Assembly (NCBI GenBank): GCA_902622575.1
Contig: CACNQJ010000001.1
Location: 10,896 to 74,895, forward strand
Length of the DNA stretch: 64,000 bases
Origin: an uncultured Bacteroidota bacterium
GTDB taxonomy: Bacteria > Bacteroidota > Bacteroidia > Flavobacteriales > Flavobacteriaceae
Direction: 5' to 3'
Shown: piece after piece, positions 58,901 through 64,000 of the stretch
How positions within the stretch are numbered: the first letter of the stretch is position 1
Layout: each line of letters starts with the position of its first letter
Notes under the pieces: model-generated
The model's database searches: none
What the model saw: only the letters and a program-made list of their open reading frames with translations
Told to the model about the DNA's origin: nothing
Position numbers and translations under genes: made by a program

Positions 58901-60264
58901 AAAAGCTCAATTTTTGTCCAGTTTGAGCCCCCATCGACAGACTTGTAAATTGCATCATGTCCAGAACCAAGAATTGTATTGGTTTTTTCTTTATCCCAAA
59001 TTCTTGAACCTGCAGCTACATAAATTTCAGAATTACCATCATTATTCCTCACTACAACGTCATTTATAAAAAACATTCCGGGTACTATTCTAGCCCCTGA
59101 ATATGCATAATTGGTTTGCTTTCTTATTTTGATAGTTGTTTCTTTTTCTTCAATTTGATTTTTAATATTGTTTCCATCTGACGCTCTGACATAAATTGAA
59201 GGAATTTTGACTGCTGTTGGGTCTCCATTCACAATATCCATTGTTTTTAAATCGTCTGTCCAATTTGCAGATCCATTATCCTTATTATAAACTACTACAG
59301 CGACAGCACCAGCATTTTGTCCTTCAATAATTTTTTTGAAATAACTACAACTATCACCACTAAGAGCGCCGTCTTCAATTAAGACTATTTTTCCATCGAT
59401 TTCAGATGCATTTGAAAGAGTTGAACAACCATCGACAGGGTTTGCTATTATGATTTGTTTTTCAAGATATTTTTGAGGGGGGCCGGGAAGGTTGGGGCCA
59501 AAAGAAGCTTGTAAAAAATTAATCGGGCTTGAATCAGTTGATGTAATATCAACTTCGTTTATCTGGCTTGTAAAAGTTTGTTCGGAAGATGAACTTCCTC
59601 CAAAAATATTAGTCCAGCTTGCACCACCATCTGTTGATTTCCAGAGACCATTGCCAAGAGCATCTCCGCCAGTGTAAATTTCACCTGTGCCAGCATAAAA
59701 AATATTAGTATTGTTAGGATCATATGTTAGCACAGATACTGGGAGATTCCTTGGAACACCTTTAATCATTTTCCATTCAGAATCCTTATCATCAATATTA
59801 TCATTAACAAAAATTCCACCACTAACACCACCTGCAAATACTCTCTTATTCGAGCTGTCATTCGGATCGAACATAATACCATTTGTTCTGCCGGCAATGT
59901 TCGATGGACCTCTCGGGACCCAAGCCATGTCTGGGTTTTCTCCGGGCACACCAGGTATCTTATTCATAGATTGTTCGTATAGATCATCTTGAATTTTATA
60001 AAGATTCTCTGTTAGTGGACGGCCTAGAATTGGATCCATTGTTAATTCCCAAATTCTATCATTATAAGGATTTGGAGGCAGCTGTAAATTTTTCCTTTCA
60101 GCTTTGGAGAGTTTTTTGGTATTCTTGAATGGACTATTTTTTAGATTTTCAATGTGCATTTCTCTTATAGATTCAATATCTAAACTATCCTCAGAATTAT
60201 AATTTATTACGAAGCCACATATTGCAGCGAAAACTAATAAAAAAAGAAACCTATTTTTTCTCAT
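55918..60264 (-). CDS. Giant T9SS-secreted surface protein: BNR/VPS10-like propeller with inserted PA domain, TSP3 repeat, Ig-like domains, T9SS C-terminal sorting domain
   Basis: The ATG at 60264 gives the signal peptide MRKNRFLFLLVFAAICGF. Asp-box motifs are KSTDGGASW, KSVDGGSNW and SSDGGQNW. The PA-like segment is GCSTLSNASEIDGKIVLIEDG...AGAVAVVVYN and the TSP3 repeat is DNCPETYNPNQQDLDGDNIGDVCD. The T9SS CTD tail is LSPNPARSSSKLWI...GLYYVKVESETVKKTAKLIKE. Confidence 0.85.
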   Translation of the reverse strand: MRKNRFLFLLVFAAICGFVINYNSEDSLDIESIREMHIENLKNSPFKNTKKLSKAERKNLQLPPNPYNDRIWELTMDPILGRPLTENLYKIQDDLYEQSMNKIPGVPGENPDMAWVPRGPSNIAGRTNGIMFDPNDSSNKRVFAGGVSGGIFVNDNIDDKDSEWKMIKGVPRNLPVSVLTYDPNNTNIFYAGTGEIYTGGDALGNGLWKSTDGGASWTNIFGGSSSSEQTFTSQINEVDITSTDSSPINFLQASFGPNLPGPPQKYLEKQIIIANPVDGCSTLSNASEIDGKIVLIEDGALSGDSCSYFKKIIEGQNAGAVAVVVYNKDNGSANWTDDLKTMDIVNGDPTAVKIPSIYVRASDGNNIKNQIEEKETTIKIRKQTNYAYSGARIVPGMFFINDVVVRNNDGNSEIYVAAGSRIWDKEKTNTILGSGHDAIYKSVDGGSNWTKIELFYPINEENKIHNLAVVPMDLELDNDNRLWASSTISPQYQLVGDQWGDNPPKGGGKIYRLNDDGDSATLIQEIKTQRGNTTYDGRRTEMAFTADNELVVLCIAVKCEDGYCRLPPRLYKGTIEEWISGNQTELDPPVDQDDGINQYDFARGQGYYSVSLEAHPTNKDKLYAGGINLFSSNSGGNSWGQLTHSRGRYAQYVHADQHSVIFNKNNPLRMLVGSDGGVAFSSSGGSLETRSKNFHTAQYYTVAVAPFNMFKNGKTVVYGYDPEQGSWDPDASGGAGSFVYKMFTTIEGHDDVFSGGMQDNGTSIQADNDDGFSLANDFGSGDGAATMFSQNNNNRYVVYNYVYNNSVRVLNLNPGQSNDRAGRYRISNNEDDEGDFINRATLDSNLGIIYANAGNGNVRAYYNWDDFSNANSIKDNYVISGLGATATALNVAQFQNQTSTLYVGTENGYLWKVSNAENTSNQTKEIISGNEFIGSVSDIEFGKDENEIFVTFYNYGVKSIFYSSDGGQNWASKEGNLPDIPVYNILQSPLDSDEVIIGTELGVWFTNNFSSDDPKWAQANAGMKDLRVTDMDMRKGDNKVFISTYGLGIFSGHFQNSEPTFTISSTTQSIEILAGDTKSFDVDYRVYNDFNEEIIFTIEGLPEGVEANYSPAKKFTVNQDGKLTIELEVGEDTELGQYDLKFKAVSTSKSRELAITLNVISDDNDKDGVKNDVDNCPETYNPNQQDLDGDNIGDVCDSNPLPNDTFSLQSSNETCRNSNDGRMQLDIKTQGVLDDSGIKFTLAIKGGPSGFTHTPEILDSDSWVLENLQAATYTVCLTTNSITNFEQCFNVIITEPQDISVLAARAKGSNTIDLNMSGSKTYTIIHNNNPIQTDKSEFALELKKGLNVIKVYGEKECQGVYEETIFNSENILLSPNPARSSSKLWIGGNDKNVNMSMFDNAGRLLWTNENNVPSSRSIDIQVSNLKPGLYYVKVESETVKKTAKLIKE
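55920..56760 (-). repeat. Copy 1 of an exact ~841-bp direct repeat (3' coding module of the T9SS paralogs)
   Basis: It matches 60292-61132 at a constant offset of 4372. I spot-checked this over five separate lines. The protein tails and the shadow ORFs 56504-56716 and 60876-61088 are also identical. Confidence 0.9.
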
Positions 60265-60289
60265 GTATTTTTGCAATTTACTTTAAAAA

Positions 60290-63200
60290 TTATTCTTTTA
60301 TAAGTTTAGCAGTTTTTTTAACAGTTTCTGATTCGACTTTTACGTAGTAAAGGCCTGGTTTTAAATTAGAAACTTGTATATCAATAGATCTTGAACTAGG
60401 GACATTATTTTCATTTGTCCACAGCAATCTACCAGCATTATCGAACATACTCATATTTACATTCTTATCATTACCACCTATCCAAAGTTTTGATGATGAT
60501 CTGGCTGGGTTTGGACTTAATAAAATATTTTCCGAGTTAAATATTGTTTCTTCGTATACTCCTTGACATTCTTTTTCGCCATAAACTTTTATTACGTTCA
60601 GTCCTTTTTTAAGTTCTAAGGCAAATTCAGATTTGTCTGTTTGAATTGGATTATTATTATGAATGATGGTATACGTTTTACTTCCACTCATATTTAGATC
60701 AATAGTATTGGACCCTTTAGCTCTTGCAGCTAAAACTGAAATATCTTGAGGTTCAGTTATAATGACATTAAAGCATTGTTCAAAATTTGTAATAGAGTTT
60801 GTAGTTAGACAAACAGTGTAGGTAGCAGCTTGCAGATTTTCTAATACCCAACTGTCTGAATCTAAAATTTCAGGTGTGTGGGTGAACCCTGACGGACCAC
60901 CTTTGATAGCCAATGTGAATTTAATACCACTGTCATCTAAAACACCTTGTGTTTTAATATCCAATTGCATTCTACCATCGTTAGAATTTCTACATGTTTC
61001 GTTTGAAGATTGTAAACTGAATGTATCATTTGGAAGTGGATTAGAATCACATACATCTCCAATATTGTCTCCATCTAAATCTTGTTGATTTGGATTGTAG
61101 GTTTCGGGACAATTATCAACATCGTTCTTGACGCCATCTTCATCAACATCATCAGACGTAACTTCCAATAATATTCCCAAAGTTTTTGATTGAGTATTAG
61201 AGGTTGCGTTGATAGTAAGAGGATAACTCTTTACTTCAGCATTTTCACTTATTGTTAAATCAATTTTTAAACTATCGTCTTGATTGACAATAATATTATT
61301 ATCTGGATCGTAGCTTTCTATAGTATTTTCAGGAAGTCCATCAATACTAAATTGAACATTTTCATTAAAGTCATTAAGTGATCTAATGTTAATATTAAAT
61401 GATCCTGTCTCTCCTTTGAATATTGTGATGTCATCTACATCAGTTGAGATTCTAAATGTTGGCTCACCACCAGTCTCTGTGAATATAGAAGAGTAAACAC
61501 CTAATCCGTATGTAGAGGCAAATACTTTGTAGTCATCTCTCATATCAAGATCTGTTATCCTAACATCTTTCATTCCAGCATTGGCACGTGACCATGATGG
61601 ATTTTCGGTATCGAAGTTTTTTGTAAACCAAACACCAAGTTCGGTACCAACAATTACTTCGTTTTCTAAAAGAGGATTTTGTAAAATACATCTTACAGGT
61701 ATATCAGGCAGATTACCCTCCTTTTTTTGCCATGTTTCACCACCATCTTCGGTGTAAAATATGTTTTCAACTCCATAATTATGAAACGTAACAAAAATAT
61801 GATTTTCGTCCTTGCCGAGTTCAATATCAGAAACACTACCAACAAATTGTTGGTCTGTTAGACTGGTAAATTTAGCATCAGATTGTCCTGTCGTTGAATT
61901 TGGAACAGAATTAGCATTTTCAACTTTAACAACTTGTCCAGCCTCTGTACCAAAGTAAAGTGTAGATGAAATTTTTGTATATGGTGAAACGGTTAATGCA
62001 GAAACATTTGATGTCAAAAAGGTTGAGTTGGAGAGGATAAAGTTAGGAGCATTCACTCCTCTGTCCTCAGTTTTGAAATCATCCCATCCATAAATAACTA
62101 TTATTCTATTTTGTCCATAATTTGAAAAAACAACACCTTGATTTGAGTCAAGAGCTTGTGTAGTTATGAAGTCTCCATTGCTTCCATTTTCATCTAGTAA
62201 CTGAAAAATAACAGAGCCATCACCATTCAAATTAACAGCATCAACTGCGTTGTTGTATACATAATTTTGAATGAAATATTTTTTATCTGGATTTTGTGAA
62301 AACATTGTCGCCGCACCATCACCACCACCAGATCTTGTTGCTATTGTAGTGCCATTGCTTCTATCAACAGAAAATTGTGTACCATTATCTTGCAATCCGC
62401 CTGCGAAAACATCTTGCTTTCCGTCCGAGCTTGCAGATACTAATTTGCTTGAAGAATTTGAGTACCTTGAATCCCTGCCATACACTCTAACTTGATGGTC
62501 TGAGAACATGGTTGAGGGTGCAACTGCAATGGTGTAATATTGAGATGTGTGGAAATTATCGTTTCTAGTTTGAATATTATCTCCACCATCTGTTGATAAG
62601 AAAATTCCACCATCATTAACAAACAAAATTTTATTTGAATCTGACTCTAAAATAGATGCTCCATGTTGATCAGCATGGACATACTGTAGATTATTACCTC
62701 CATACCACTGGCTTAATTGTGCCCAAGGATTTGTAGTTCCTGAAGCTCCACCATTAGAAGTTCTATGTAGATTAATTCCACCAACAAAAACCTTACTCGG
62801 ATTGAGGGGATCTGCTTCTAACATCTGATCGTACCAATGCTGACTTCTAGTAAACTCACCGTTTATGTCAACTGCATCAGGTAGTGTAACTTCTGTCGGA
62901 AGAACATTTAAACCATTTACACCTTTAAATAATTTTACTGGATCACCTTCCGAATCTCTAGTTGAGGAAAATATCCACACAGAGTTATTTGTCGTTACTT
63001 CAATTTCAGTTCTTCCAGGGTCAAATTCCTCATCAACTTGATATTTTTTTGTAAAGTTGTCACCAGAACTATCTGATTGCCAAATTCCACCACCACCATT
63101 TCCAGAAACATCACGTGTTGATGAAACCCAGACTGTATTATCAACAGGACTAAGTTCCAAATCAATTGGATGAATGGGATTGTTTGTGTTTTCGATAAAA

Positions 63201-64000
63201 ACATTAATTTTTTTCCAGTTTTGTCCCCCATCAGTTGATTTGTACAAACCATAATCTTCAGCACCAAATAACGTTCTTGGTGCATCCCTGTATCCCGAAT
63301 AACCCACCGCTACATAGACTTCAGAAGCTCCTTCATTGTTTCTAACAACAACATCATTAATATAAAATGAGCCAGGAACTATGGTGTAACCAGAAGCAAC
63401 AGTTACTGTTTTTTGAATTGATAAGGTTACGTTATCATTATTCTTCATCAAATTTCTCAAAGTATTACCATCAGCTCTAGAGATCATTATGGTTGGAATA
63501 TTTATTGAACTCAAATCTACAGATCCATCTGTTGGGGCACTCATACCTACTGGTGGACCATCTACATTGTTGATGATTATTAAAAGTTTAGCTCCAGCGG
63601 CTTGCGCATTGACTGTTTTTGTCGCGAAATAACATGCTCCTCTGTCAACAACAGCAATCTTGCCACTTATAGATCCAGAATTAGAAAGAGATGAACAACC
63701 ATCCTGTGCAGTTCCATTACTGTCAGTCCCATCTCCAGAAGCATCAGTTCCGGCAATAGCATCCAGGACTATGGGTGAATCTGTTGGTACACCAGGCCCA
63801 AAGGAAGCTTCAACATACCTGAAAGTTCTATTGGAATTAGGGTTATTTATTTTAACTACGTTGTAACCACTCTCATAACTAGATTCTGTATCGCCTCCCA
63901 TTACTTTATTCCAAGATTCCCCACCATCAATTGATTTCCATAGTCCATTTCCAAGGGCGTCACCACCTGTGTATGATTCTCCTGTGCCAACATAAAATAT
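60290..64000 (-). CDS. Paralogous giant T9SS-secreted surface protein (5' end beyond the window)
   Basis: It has the same architecture. My translation of 63902-64000 continues the frame (IFYVGTGESYTGGDALGNGLWKSIDGGESWNKV) and matches the paralog's residues ~192-225, so the true start lies outside the window. Confidence 0.85.
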   Translation of the reverse strand: MFYVGTGESYTGGDALGNGLWKSIDGGESWNKVMGGDTESSYESGYNVVKINNPNSNRTFRYVEASFGPGVPTDSPIVLDAIAGTDASGDGTDSNGTAQDGCSSLSNSGSISGKIAVVDRGACYFATKTVNAQAAGAKLLIIINNVDGPPVGMSAPTDGSVDLSSINIPTIMISRADGNTLRNLMKNNDNVTLSIQKTVTVASGYTIVPGSFYINDVVVRNNEGASEVYVAVGYSGYRDAPRTLFGAEDYGLYKSTDGGQNWKKINVFIENTNNPIHPIDLELSPVDNTVWVSSTRDVSGNGGGGIWQSDSSGDNFTKKYQVDEEFDPGRTEIEVTTNNSVWIFSSTRDSEGDPVKLFKGVNGLNVLPTEVTLPDAVDINGEFTRSQHWYDQMLEADPLNPSKVFVGGINLHRTSNGGASGTTNPWAQLSQWYGGNNLQYVHADQHGASILESDSNKILFVNDGGIFLSTDGGDNIQTRNDNFHTSQYYTIAVAPSTMFSDHQVRVYGRDSRYSNSSSKLVSASSDGKQDVFAGGLQDNGTQFSVDRSNGTTIATRSGGGDGAATMFSQNPDKKYFIQNYVYNNAVDAVNLNGDGSVIFQLLDENGSNGDFITTQALDSNQGVVFSNYGQNRIIVIYGWDDFKTEDRGVNAPNFILSNSTFLTSNVSALTVSPYTKISSTLYFGTEAGQVVKVENANSVPNSTTGQSDAKFTSLTDQQFVGSVSDIELGKDENHIFVTFHNYGVENIFYTEDGGETWQKKEGNLPDIPVRCILQNPLLENEVIVGTELGVWFTKNFDTENPSWSRANAGMKDVRITDLDMRDDYKVFASTYGLGVYSSIFTETGGEPTFRISTDVDDITIFKGETGSFNINIRSLNDFNENVQFSIDGLPENTIESYDPDNNIIVNQDDSLKIDLTISENAEVKSYPLTINATSNTQSKTLGILLEVTSDDVDEDGVKNDVDNCPETYNPNQQDLDGDNIGDVCDSNPLPNDTFSLQSSNETCRNSNDGRMQLDIKTQGVLDDSGIKFTLAIKGGPSGFTHTPEILDSDSWVLENLQAATYTVCLTTNSITNFEQCFNVIITEPQDISVLAARAKGSNTIDLNMSGSKTYTIIHNNNPIQTDKSEFALELKKGLNVIKVYGEKECQGVYEETIFNSENILLSPNPARSSSKLWIGGNDKNVNMSMFDNAGRLLWTNENNVPSSRSIDIQVSNLKPGLYYVKVESETVKKTAKLIKE
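60292..61132 (-). repeat. Copy 2 of the exact ~841-bp direct repeat
   Basis: See copy 1. The first mismatch is 61133 g versus 56761 a, a synonymous GGC/GGT Gly codon. The stop codons just outside the repeat differ (TAA versus TGA). Confidence 0.9.

Noticed and set aside
2274-63866. About 45 short ORFs (60-120 aa) in the six-frame track lie inside or antisense to long, well-supported genes. Examples are 2274-2516, 3481-3810, 5755-6249, 9462-9644, 10618-10863, 13713-13916, 14371-14733, 15954-16148, 17774-17980, 19762-20082, 33329-33592, 36340-36576, 48515-48736, 57873-58423, 59492-59992 and 62271-63285.
   Set aside because: All are fully embedded in longer ORFs with clear family motifs. They have low-complexity or Leu/Ser/Phe-rich translations typical of shadow frames in AT-rich DNA, and they have no spacer of their own for expression signals.
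1-64000. Search for CRISPR arrays, IS elements or transposases, prophage genes, restriction-modification systems, toxin-antitoxin pairs or other defence systems.
   Set aside because: Apart from the 841-bp gene-internal duplication I saw no short regularly spaced repeats. No ORF has nuclease/helicase/methylase, integrase or transposase motifs that I could recognise. Every spacer is about 210 nt or shorter and is explained by tRNAs, promoters or terminators.

Overview
By eye this is a low-GC (about 30%), very gene-dense chromosomal segment of a Bacteroidota/Flavobacteriia-type genome. Supporting signs are T9SS C-terminal sorting domains, a GYDIA-family GHMP kinase, DUF4296, a long NagB-LmbE fusion, mevalonate-pathway genes and TAnnTTTG promoter boxes. 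I support about 60 CDS and 2 tRNAs (Phe-GAA, Leu-TAG). I see no rRNA, CRISPR array, transposase, integrase, phage gene or recognisable defence or toxin-antitoxin genes. Content from left to right: (1) a co-directional minus-strand array at 1-8910 with a DUF4212 plus sodium:solute symporter pair, two esterases, a cytochrome-c/DUF1549/DUF1553 protein, a DUF1501 protein, an FGE-fold lipoprotein lacking the FGE cysteines, and a Tat-signal TIM-barrel isomerase. (2) A genuine FGE and a Cys-type sulfatase flanking HMG-CoA reductase and a GYDIA kinase. (3) A sulfatase, nucleotidyltransferase, symporter, NagB-LmbE and CutC operon. (4) Housekeeping genes (POT transporter, hemD, pyrC, tyrS, trmB, Mrp/NifU/FNR, the second mevalonate locus). 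(5) A periplasmic sugar-oxidation module (ThuA, Tat-Gfo/Idh/MocA, DUF1080, GMC dehydrogenase plus Tat-signal small subunit). (6) Outer-membrane biogenesis genes (coaX, OMP, TPR, lptC, ppiD-like), ruvC, hemW, waaA, fabD and a 2TM-DHFR fusion. (7) Two tandem giant T9SS cargo paralogs whose last ~841 bp are nucleotide-identical. No clear-cut new system such as a defence island is visible. The best candidates for unexplored biology are the identical 3' module of the T9SS paralogs, the cytochrome-c/DUF1553, DUF1501 and Cys-less FGE-fold operon, and the periplasmic oxidative glycoside module. All product calls rest on motif recognition by eye, not on database searches.
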